A stretch of DNA of 43,595 nucleotides from the NCBI GenBank assembly GCA_016926395.1, contig JAFGOT010000012.1, positions 1 through 43,595 on the forward strand, given 5' to 3'. Each line of letters opens with the position of its first letter. The stretch's first letter is position 1. The notes under the pieces were generated by a model. The model had not been told where the DNA came from. It did no database searches and was given only the letters and a program-made list of their open reading frames with translations. The stretch is from Candidatus Woesearchaeota archaeon. Lineage in GTDB: Archaea > Nanobdellota > Nanobdellia > Woesearchaeales > SKGA01. The translations under genes were made by a program, and so were the position numbers. This document shows, in pieces, positions 8,969 to 17,405 of this stretch.

Positions 8969-9893
8969 AATTTAATTTCAAAAAAATCAAGGAAATCGCC
9001 AAAAAAAGTATTCAGAGAAAAAGAACAACAATCAAAGATCAATCAGAACAATTTGTTTATGATATGTTCTTGATTATGGCATTCACAATACCTGCATTCA
9101 TAGCAATAGCGATAGAAGAAGGAACCTATTTATCAATAATACCAATATTCATAATCGCCAGTTTTAACTGGTATTTAATATTTGCAATTCAGCATATAGA
9201 AAAAATAGTGAAAAACGTTTTGGAATACAAATATATATCAAACTAGTAGAACGCCAAAAGAAAACACTAGAGCAACAAAAAAACAAATCCAAAATACCTG
9301 TAAGAAAATTAATCTATCAGGCATTCATTCTAATAATCATAATTACGCCTTTAATGATTTTACCAATAATGGTTAACGGATCAATGAATTATCAAAATAG
9401 GGGGGGAATAGCACAAATAAATCAGGGATACAATAACGACAAAATAACAACAAACGAAGAATTCATTGTAAAAATTAACGATCCATTTGATCAAGGATCC
9501 ATTCAAAGATTATTCACAATAACAGGAGTAAAATTAAATCTACCAAACTACGAAGTTTGTTTTGAACAAAAACAAGAATTAAAAAGTAAAGCCAATGCAA
9601 CCACATTTTCAAGCACAATAACAATAAACAACATCAATCACGAGTTAAATTTAACAGATACATATTGTCAAACAATAAACTCTGAAAAAGGATCATTTGA
9701 AATAAAATCAACTTACGATCTCAACAATGAAAACAACATAATTATTACTGAAAATGAACTATATTATAAACCAGATATTTTTATAGACATTAATTGGAGT
9801 AATTTTTTTACAAATGCAATAGTTTTAATATTAGCGTGGTGGGGTTCTTGGTTAATTGTTATTAACATATTCAAAGAATTAAAAATTAATTAA
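8965..9893 (+). pseudogene. Membrane protein apparently split by a frameshift (ORFs 8965-9246 and 9354-9893)
   Basis: The frame of the second ORF stays open back to 9168 with protein-like sequence (GIQIYIKLVERQKKTLEQQKNKSKIPVRKLIYQAFILIIIITPL) and overlaps the first ORF in the -1 frame. Confidence 0.6.
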
Positions 9894-10939
9894 TTGCAAA
9901 AACCAAAATAACTAACATGTAATGAATCCAAATATTCAATATTTTCATCTTTAAATACTAATCTTAAGAACTTAAAGGTCTTATCTTCTTCAGAATAAAC
10001 TTTAAAATATTGCAAATAAGATTTATCTAAGGCATCATCAAGTAAATCGATAGAAACATATTCACCATCTTGTTTCAAAATTCCATTAAATGTGAAATTC
10101 ACAGAGGAAATATTCTCAGTAAAAACAAGTGTTTTGTAAATGTTAAACAAAGAATCATCTTGAGTAAGTTCATATGAATAAGAGGTAGAACAATTAGTAG
10201 ACTCATTAAAACCAGTTCCATCAGATGCAAGAAATCCAATAATTAGAATTGCAAAAACAAATATTAAACCAATAAAAGTAATAATAAAATCTTTGATTAT
10301 TGAAGATTTTTTTTTGAATTTAAAACTTCCAAAAACAACTGAATTATATTTTAATTTGAAAGCTGAACTAAATAACAGTATAATCAACATAGTCCACAAG
10401 AAATTTTCAAAAACAGATATAAAACTCAAAGTATGAAAAATAAAATTATTCGATTGGGTGAAAAAATCTAATTTCAAAAAAAGAAATGAAAATCCATATA
10501 ATATTAAGAATAATTCAATATCAACAACATATCTATCAGAAGGGGTATAATTCATCCTTATTGAAATAAAAAATAAATAAATTAAAACCACAGATAAACC
10601 AATTATTCTCGAGATACTGTGACCTGGAAATGAAAGCATAACCTCAAAAAGATAGAAAATTAAAAAACCTGCAAAAAATAATCGAGTTAACTCAACTAAG
10701 AAAGGCAAAATTAATCTTATGAATGATTTGTTAGTTCTTTTAGAGTCTTTCCAATACGATATAAATAAAGATTTATTATGAAGATAAATCATATACCAAC
10801 CAACCATAAAAAGAACAATAAAAATAACATAAATAATTGTCAAATTATTATTATCAGAAAGATAGAATGAAAAAACAGCAACTAATAAAGATAACAAAGC
10901 AGTAATTTTCCAAAAGTCTATTTTAGTATCTAGTTGCAT
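9890..10939 (-). CDS. Multi-pass membrane protein with a soluble C-terminal domain
   Basis: 349 aa with about seven hydrophobic segments; no family recognised. Confidence 0.7.
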   Translation of the reverse strand: MQLDTKIDFWKITALLSLLVAVFSFYLSDNNNLTIIYVIFIVLFMVGWYMIYLHNKSLFISYWKDSKRTNKSFIRLILPFLVELTRLFFAGFLIFYLFEVMLSFPGHSISRIIGLSVVLIYLFFISIRMNYTPSDRYVVDIELFLILYGFSFLFLKLDFFTQSNNFIFHTLSFISVFENFLWTMLIILLFSSAFKLKYNSVVFGSFKFKKKSSIIKDFIITFIGLIFVFAILIIGFLASDGTGFNESTNCSTSYSYELTQDDSLFNIYKTLVFTENISSVNFTFNGILKQDGEYVSIDLLDDALDKSYLQYFKVYSEEDKTFKFLRLVFKDENIEYLDSLHVSYFGFCN

Positions 10940-11090
10940 GAATAAAAAATAAAGAGCGCTCTAAATAAATATTTCTAAAAAAAAGCATAAAACACAACAT
11001 TTATCCAATTTATATAAAAAAATATCATTATACGAGTTAAAACACCACTTTAAAAGAGTAAAAATATAAATAACTATTAATTTACGCTAA

Positions 11091-12065
11091 TTGGCAATGA
11101 ACTTAAATATAGATAGACCCATTGAAAGAGAAGAAGAAGACAAATTATATTATAATGAACTATATGCAGGAAAGCTAGAACAAATCATTTCTAAAAACAA
11201 AGATAAATGCATCAAAGTTGGACTATTTGCCAAGTTTGGATCTGGAAAAACAAGTACAATAAATATCCTGTGGCAAAGATTGAAGAACAAAAGAAAAGTA
11301 ACTTTAAAAAAGAAAAATAAACGATTCATCCATGTAAAATCATTATGGGATTATTCTCCCGAAGATATTCTAAAAAAAATTATTGTTTCAGTAGATAAAC
11401 AAGCAAATTTAAAACTCAATTTAAACAAAGAAATAAATTCTGAAACAACATATATAGATGAGAAAGAAAAACGAATCAACTTCTTAACATACATAACGAT
11501 TTCTCTTTTCGCATTAATTGGAATCTCATTAATCGGAAAAAACACTGCAACAATAAATATGAATAAACCTATTAATGATATTGCAACAGTGGCTCTGAGC
11601 CATTCAATGACAATACCAAGTGCAACACTCCAATTATTAATAGGTTTGATTACAACGGGCTTAGCAGTTATGTTTGCAGTTAACTCATTTAAGAAACAAA
11701 CTAGAAGACCTCCTTCTACAAGTTATGATTTTGAAGATTATTGGATACAAATTCTTAAAGCAGCAAATCAAAAAGGAATAAAAGAAATAACATTAGTAGT
11801 AGATGACTTAGATAGATGCAAACCAGAAATAGTAAATGGGATATTTGGAAAGCTAAATGCAATCGTTGAGCAAACGGAAGAAAGATCCAAAATAAGTATG
11901 AACTTAATAATTCCATTTTCACTAGCAGATTATTTATTAATCGATGGAGATAAAGAAATCGAACGACTAAAATTCAATTATAAAAAATTCTTTGATATAA
12001 TAATAGACATGCCAGAACTAGGACCATTAGAACTTCAGAGGTTAGATGAACATGAAAATAAGTGA
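11091..12065 (+). CDS. KAP-family P-loop NTPase, N-terminal part
   Basis: Walker A GLFAKFGSGKTS, two TM segments inserted in the NTPase, Walker B LVVDDLDRC, and KKFFDIIIDMP; TTG start. Confidence 0.85.
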   Translation: MAMNLNIDRPIEREEEDKLYYNELYAGKLEQIISKNKDKCIKVGLFAKFGSGKTSTINILWQRLKNKRKVTLKKKNKRFIHVKSLWDYSPEDILKKIIVSVDKQANLKLNLNKEINSETTYIDEKEKRINFLTYITISLFALIGISLIGKNTATINMNKPINDIATVALSHSMTIPSATLQLLIGLITTGLAVMFAVNSFKKQTRRPPSTSYDFEDYWIQILKAANQKGIKEITLVVDDLDRCKPEIVNGIFGKLNAIVEQTEERSKISMNLIIPFSLADYLLIDGDKEIERLKFNYKKFFDIIIDMPELGPLELQRLDEHENK

Positions 12066-14079
12066 AGAAAAACTAACCCAAAGTATTTCTAAGTACGGCA
12101 CAATAATAAAAAATCCTCGAAACTGGAGAATGTATCGAAATTTTGTATCCACTCAAGCAGACATAAAAATAAAACAACATGAATTAATGAAAAAACGAAT
12201 ACCTCAAATATACAACATAACAAATCCTGAAGATAAAATTTGTTTTTGTACATATATACTATTTCAATTTCCAGAATTAGCAGAAAAAATCAGAAAATTT
12301 CCTCAATATCAAAAGCAAATAAGGGAAATAGCAGAGCATCTTAAAGATTCAAACGACAACAAATTTGACCCTAATAACAAGATAGTTACACGAAACATGA
12401 ACTCACTCTTCAAATCTATTGAAACACCATATTTTGAAAATTCAAATGAAGCAAATATTCCAGAATATTACAAGAAAAAGCCTTCTGAAGAAGAATTTCT
12501 AAGTTTTATTGAACAAACCTACATGGACGTGCCAACAGGTCTTGAATGGGATTTTTTTATGCTGAATAATATATTAACAACAACTAACATGCTTTTAATA
12601 CAACAAACATATAGCAACAACAGAGATTCAAACATTGACAAAACACTAAAAATATTAAATAACAATTGGAATCATTACTTTCAATCAGTTGATGAATATA
12701 TGAAGTACATTCTTATTTCAGGTTTTGATTTGTATAATTTTATCAAAATATTTGTAGAGTGTAATCAAGACATCGAGAATCCAGAAATAATTTCTAAATA
12801 CCAAAAAGAAGCATTAACACTACTAGTTAAATGGATTCAAAATGAGCGGTTTCTTAATATCTTTGTTGAACAAATAATGTTTAAAATGTACATGGCAACA
12901 GATTTAGGCGAATTTGCAAGATCTGATGCTAAAATCCTAGAAAAAAATCGCTGGAATATAGCAAAGGAAGAAAAATTCTACGAACTATTTAACCAAATAA
13001 TTCAAAAGAATTGGAGAATAATGCAATCCAATCAAGACGATAATAAATTATATTCATTATTAATAAGTACATGTAGATACAACAATACTTTGCTAAAATT
13101 ATTTCACATCCCCACAGCAGTTAAAGAATATATGGATGATAGAAAAATCAATAAAGCACTATGGAGTGTGGGACCCCTAGGACAATTTTCTAATGAAGAC
13201 CAAAAGAACATATCTCAATTTCCAGCACTAACAGTTGAATTAAAGTATCGACTAAGTTTAATGAAAGAAAAAGAATCCGAATATCAATTTCCAGATCAAT
13301 TAAGTAAAGTTCGAATAGAAAAAAAACTAATTCAAGTTTATGACATTATTAACACCAACAACCCACCTGTATACATAAGAAGACAAATAATTGGAGAGTT
13401 AATACGAAAAGCAGAACAAGTATTAAGAGATCAAAAAAACAAAAATTACATCAATCCAGTTCTTGAAGGTTTAGAATCGATTGCATTAATGATTATGTAC
13501 CTAGAAAACCAAGAAACACAAAGAAACTCAAAAAACGAAAATACAGACGAATTTATTTTACAAGAAATACAATTTCCAAGAATAGTAATCGAACTTATCA
13601 GAAGCCAAACAGAACCAATAAATAAAATCGAACTAAAAAATAAAATATCGCAAACAATATTTTTAGATAAAACACAAGATCAAATGATAAAAGACTTAAT
13701 TCAATACAAAGAAAAATTACGTCCAAAAGAAAAAGAAAGCAAACGCAATACGCCTAACAAAAAAGAAACCATAAAACGAGCGGTGAAATATTTATTTGAA
13801 AATGTAGACTACGATGAACAATCGAATGGACAAATAGGGACAGGTCATTTCAAAACAAACGCAACTCAACTATTCTATGAAGAAATAACAACAGAAAAAC
13901 AACTAAAAACAGCAGAAAGAAAATATAAGAAAATATTCAAACAAAACAAAGATAAAATATTAACAATGATCATTATAATTGGAAATGAGTTCGGAGAACA
14001 ATTTGTTGAAAAAACTATTTCAATGAGAGAAGCCGCGACTGAAAGAGTTGCATTTATTGATGAATCGGAATTCAGTTAA
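12046..14079 (+). CDS. Probable C-terminal continuation of the KAP NTPase with a large helical region
   Basis: Begins with the KAP-typical NPR...R..N motif (KNPRNWRMYRN); 20-nt overlap with the upstream ORF in the +1 frame. Confidence 0.7.
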   Translation: MNMKISEEKLTQSISKYGTIIKNPRNWRMYRNFVSTQADIKIKQHELMKKRIPQIYNITNPEDKICFCTYILFQFPELAEKIRKFPQYQKQIREIAEHLKDSNDNKFDPNNKIVTRNMNSLFKSIETPYFENSNEANIPEYYKKKPSEEEFLSFIEQTYMDVPTGLEWDFFMLNNILTTTNMLLIQQTYSNNRDSNIDKTLKILNNNWNHYFQSVDEYMKYILISGFDLYNFIKIFVECNQDIENPEIISKYQKEALTLLVKWIQNERFLNIFVEQIMFKMYMATDLGEFARSDAKILEKNRWNIAKEEKFYELFNQIIQKNWRIMQSNQDDNKLYSLLISTCRYNNTLLKLFHIPTAVKEYMDDRKINKALWSVGPLGQFSNEDQKNISQFPALTVELKYRLSLMKEKESEYQFPDQLSKVRIEKKLIQVYDIINTNNPPVYIRRQIIGELIRKAEQVLRDQKNKNYINPVLEGLESIALMIMYLENQETQRNSKNENTDEFILQEIQFPRIVIELIRSQTEPINKIELKNKISQTIFLDKTQDQMIKDLIQYKEKLRPKEKESKRNTPNKKETIKRAVKYLFENVDYDEQSNGQIGTGHFKTNATQLFYEEITTEKQLKTAERKYKKIFKQNKDKILTMIIIIGNEFGEQFVEKTISMREAATERVAFIDESEFS

Positions 14080-14234
14080 GAGTAATGTTGAACTTAAATT
14101 TAATAAATTATCAATGGACAATTTTCCAACCTTACAAGTAACAATTACTGAAAAAAACAGTCTTTTCATTCATCGTCAAACATCTATTTAATTAATAAGT
14201 ATAAGTCTAAATGAACTTTTATTTATATTTAACC

Positions 14235-14264
14235 GGCAAATCTGCCTAATTAGGAAAATTTGCC
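14235..14264. promoter_or_regulatory. Imperfect 30-bp palindrome
   Basis: GGCAAATCTGCCTAA|TTAGGAAAATTTGCC, 13/15 arm match. Confidence 0.45.
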
Positions 14265-14602
14265 TATGTTTCTCCAAGTTGGAGAATTTTATTAAAATAT
14301 AGTCTATAGACAATAATTTAGAGGGGAAATAGAGTTATAACTAAATCACAATAGAATATAAAGGTAGGTTGGATAAAAAAACAACTCGGAGATGAATAAA
14401 TGACTATCGAAATAATTAACAAAATATGTTATTTCTGTGACCGAACGGGACAAGAATATAACAAAGAAGAATGCGATAATACTATTAAAATAGATAACAA
14501 TGAATTAACTTTGTGCAATAAATGTTATTTAAGATATAAAGAAGGAAAATTACCTTTAACATATACAAAAATTTAATTTATTCAAGTAGGAGATTCGAAC
14601 CT

Positions 14603-14809
14603 TTAAAGAAATGGTGACCCCAGGAGGGCCGGATTATTGACATCACGTCGAGGATGAACCTCTGAAATCCCAAAAAGAGCCACTTTCAACAGCTGATTGA
14701 TTGTCTTGGATATGTTCACACCTTGTTTTTTGAGGTTTTCGTGGGCCTCATAATCAAGATTAATATGTATCCTCACAGCTTTGTTTTTACTGTTCTTTTT
14801 TGGTCTCAT
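14603..14809 (-). CDS. Integrase N-terminal fragment (intN) with a ribbon-helix-helix-like domain
   Basis: The ORF runs through the att repeat (LLGSP is encoded by the repeat) and is in frame with intC across the repeat; RIHINLD...LKKQGVNISKTINQLL resembles an RHH fold. Confidence 0.85.
   Translation of the reverse strand: MRPKKNSKNKAVRIHINLDYEAHENLKKQGVNISKTINQLLKVALFGISEVHPRRDVNNPALLGSPFL
14611..14627 (-). repeat. att site, tRNA-distal copy
   Basis: ATGGTGACCCCAGGAGG is identical to 21981-21997 (tRNA-Arg 3' end). Confidence 0.92.
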
Positions 14810-14810
14810 T

Positions 14811-15119
14811 TTAATTATTAAGATGCTTTTCTAGTTCATCTACAAACTTATCAATGCATTTTCTAGCACCACCACCCCAAATATCATCTGAGGAAGCAGT
14901 AATATTTATGTCTGTTCCAGAATCATTAGGTCGTAAATCAATCCTAACTGGAACTCTTTGTAAACCGTATTTTGTTTTAAACTTCAAAGATTTTAAAGTT
15001 TTATTTGACTCAACATCTTTACCGATTGATTCAGCAACAGCAACAACTATATCAAAAACATTTGATAATTTTAAGTCAACAAATATACTTCGTTTAGATT
15101 CTCCAACCATAAAAAACAC
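14811..15119 (-). CDS. Hypothetical protein (element cargo)
   Basis: 102-aa alpha/beta-patterned ORF ending 1 nt before the intN start. Confidence 0.7.
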   Translation of the reverse strand: MFFMVGESKRSIFVDLKLSNVFDIVVAVAESIGKDVESNKTLKSLKFKTKYGLQRVPVRIDLRPNDSGTDINITASSDDIWGGGARKCIDKFVDELEKHLNN

Positions 15120-15146
15120 CTAATTAGAAAAATAAAAAATAAAAAT

Positions 15147-16217
15147 CTATCTTAAAGTGATAGACGTTGAAGCAGTTGCTATAACTTTTGTTGAAACTCC
15201 TCGTTTAAGATTAACTTTCAAAGTATAACTTCCAGGAGGCAATGAATCCATACTATCATAACCAACATACGTTTCTTTGTAAACACCATCATAACCCACA
15301 GGAATTTCATCAAAGTCATAAGCATAAGTATCAATGTCTCTGCTTTTCACGGAATCCAATTTCATGATATAAAAATCAAAAGTAGGATTACTAAGAGGAA
15401 TTTCTCCAACATTCTTTATGCCAACTTTAACATAATCTAGGAAACATTCATCACTATAGCTATAACAAGTAGGATTATAATCAACAACACTCAATTCTAT
15501 TTCATGCTCCTTGTTTGCTAACTCTAATAATTCTTCCTCTTCTTTGATTTGTGATTTTAATACATCTCTTCGTTCAAAAATATCATAATCAAACAAATCA
15601 TTTATTTCGTCAAGCTGAGCATCATCAAAAGCATTTAGTCTTTCAAGTTCTGCTTTATCAAGTTCGATGATTTGGGAAAAAAGTTGTTTGTATTTGGTTT
15701 CATCAGATTCTTTATTCATCTGTTCCATCAAGTCTCCTCGATTAACATTCCATTCTCTTCGTTCATATCTATAATTTACAAATGCTTCTAGAAGAGCAGT
15801 ATCATAAGCTTCAGATAATTTAGCAACACTTCGGTTCATTTGATTAATTTTTGTTAAAATAGTATCAAAATTAATTAGGTCTCCCTCTTTGCTGTATTCC
15901 CAACTTTCTTCTTCCCAGTAACCCATAAACTTTTCAAACTCATCAGTTTCTTCAAGTTTAGCTTTAGCACAAGCATTAACTACTTTATCGCCTTGGTTTA
16001 GTTCCTTACATGAGGAGAATGCAGGACATTCAATATCCAAACAACAATTATCAGATGTTTCTCCAGTTTCAATAATTCCATTACCACATATTGCTTTTGC
16101 ACTAGATTTAGAAGACAAACCAGAATCTGTAGAATCACTCGTATCACTAATTGAACAAGCAGTGAACAAGAACATCACAGTCACTAAAATAGCCAAAATC
16201 ATCAATCTAAATTTCAT
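15147..16217 (-). CDS. Lipoprotein with a Cys-rich motif, coiled coil and probable Ig-like C-terminal domain
   Basis: Lipobox-like LFTA-C; CGNGIIETGETSDNCCLDIEC; beta-rich C-terminus (VKVGIKNVGE...PPGSYTLKVNL). Confidence 0.75.
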   Translation of the reverse strand: MKFRLMILAILVTVMFLFTACSISDTSDSTDSGLSSKSSAKAICGNGIIETGETSDNCCLDIECPAFSSCKELNQGDKVVNACAKAKLEETDEFEKFMGYWEEESWEYSKEGDLINFDTILTKINQMNRSVAKLSEAYDTALLEAFVNYRYERREWNVNRGDLMEQMNKESDETKYKQLFSQIIELDKAELERLNAFDDAQLDEINDLFDYDIFERRDVLKSQIKEEEELLELANKEHEIELSVVDYNPTCYSYSDECFLDYVKVGIKNVGEIPLSNPTFDFYIMKLDSVKSRDIDTYAYDFDEIPVGYDGVYKETYVGYDSMDSLPPGSYTLKVNLKRGVSTKVIATASTSITLR

Positions 16218-16228
16218 AATAAATCACC

Positions 16229-16261
16229 TATTTGGTTAATAGATTGTTAATATTTGGTTAT
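16229..16261. promoter_or_regulatory. Three 11-bp tandem repeats between divergent genes (candidate operator)
   Basis: TATTTGGTTAA / TAGATTGTTAA / TATTTGGTTAT. Confidence 0.55.
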
Positions 16262-16583
16262 ATATTTAAAAGTTACTATTTCAAGTATGAACACATATGC
16301 AGGAAGAAACATACCTCAACTAAATACTCAAATAGAGCTTATTTCATGGCTAAAACGTGGAAAGTATAGGCGGGATGTTTTTGAACAAGTTAAAGACAAA
16401 ACAACACCTGCAGAAATTGTTGCAAGATTATCCAAACAAAGAAAATCAAGTAGTGACTACGTGCAAGTTTCTAGAGCTTTGAGAGAATTAGAATTACAAG
16501 GACTAATTAAATGTTTAAACCCGAAAGAAAAAACTGGAGGACTATATGAGAAAACATCCAAAGGAACTAAAATAATTATTTGA
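16254..16583 (+). CDS. Winged helix-turn-helix transcriptional regulator (start may be ATG 16287)
   Basis: TPAEIVARL...QVSRALRELELQGLIKCLNP...GGLYEKTSKG matches an archaeal wHTH pattern. Confidence 0.8.
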   Translation: MVIYLKVTISSMNTYAGRNIPQLNTQIELISWLKRGKYRRDVFEQVKDKTTPAEIVARLSKQRKSSSDYVQVSRALRELELQGLIKCLNPKEKTGGLYEKTSKGTKIII

Positions 16584-16816
16584 GTTTCATAACACATCAC
16601 TTCTTTGTGAATTATGATTTCTATATAATCAAATTTTCAAAAACCGTGGAAAATAAGTTAACAAATAAAAAGAACTTTCTTCAAAAAACCGAAGGGAGGT
16701 AGTGCTTTTTCCTCACACTATTATTTGCATAAAACCGAGTAGGCTCACATTTTTGAGATTCAATTTTTTGAACGGAACAACAAAAGATTTATAATATATA
16801 TAAAATAAATTAAATC

Positions 16817-17089
16817 ATGGTTAAACAAACTATGAAATCTGAAAATTTAATCTATATTTTTAGATTACTAGGTATGTTAATCATCACAGTAATTATGAGA
16901 TGTTTGTTCAGCAAAACCAACCAAGAATTTTATGATTACATATCCTATGTGTTTTCAATAGGGATATTATTATTAATATTATTACCAAATCTTCATGAGT
17001 TTAAATTTTGGGGAATTAGTGCAAAAGGAAATAATCAACAAATAGACGACACAACTAAAATAATATTGGTGAACGAAAATGGCAAATAA
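16817..17089 (+). CDS. Small two-TM membrane protein
   Basis: Two hydrophobic segments; overlaps the next ORF by 11 nt. Confidence 0.65.
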   Translation: MVKQTMKSENLIYIFRLLGMLIITVIMRCLFSKTNQEFYDYISYVFSIGILLLILLPNLHEFKFWGISAKGNNQQIDDTTKIILVNENGK

Positions 17090-17405
17090 AATAAATTTTA
17101 AAGAAGGAAGTATTAATTTTTGGATTCCGGAAAACGTATTTGACTTTGACGATAACCAAACACACATACTAGTAAATCAAGGAAATTTAGAAGGCTCAAT
17201 ATTTATTGTTAAGGATGGGGATAATAAACTTAAATTCTTTCATGTATTGCTTGGCAAAGGAAGAACAGATGTTGTTATAGATGTACAAGAGTTATTAAAA
17301 AGTGAAAAACACATGATTACTGCAACGTGGAGCATAAGTAAAAAAGAAATCAATCTTTACATTGATGGTGGGAAAAAACACAACACTACCAAAATAACGT
17401 ATTAA
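17079..17405 (+). CDS. Small beta-sandwich protein, LamG/concanavalin-like
   Basis: EGSINFWI and HMITATW...INLYIDG resemble LamG-like strands. Confidence 0.6.
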   Translation: MANKINFKEGSINFWIPENVFDFDDNQTHILVNQGNLEGSIFIVKDGDNKLKFFHVLLGKGRTDVVIDVQELLKSEKHMITATWSISKKEINLYIDGGKKHNTTKITY

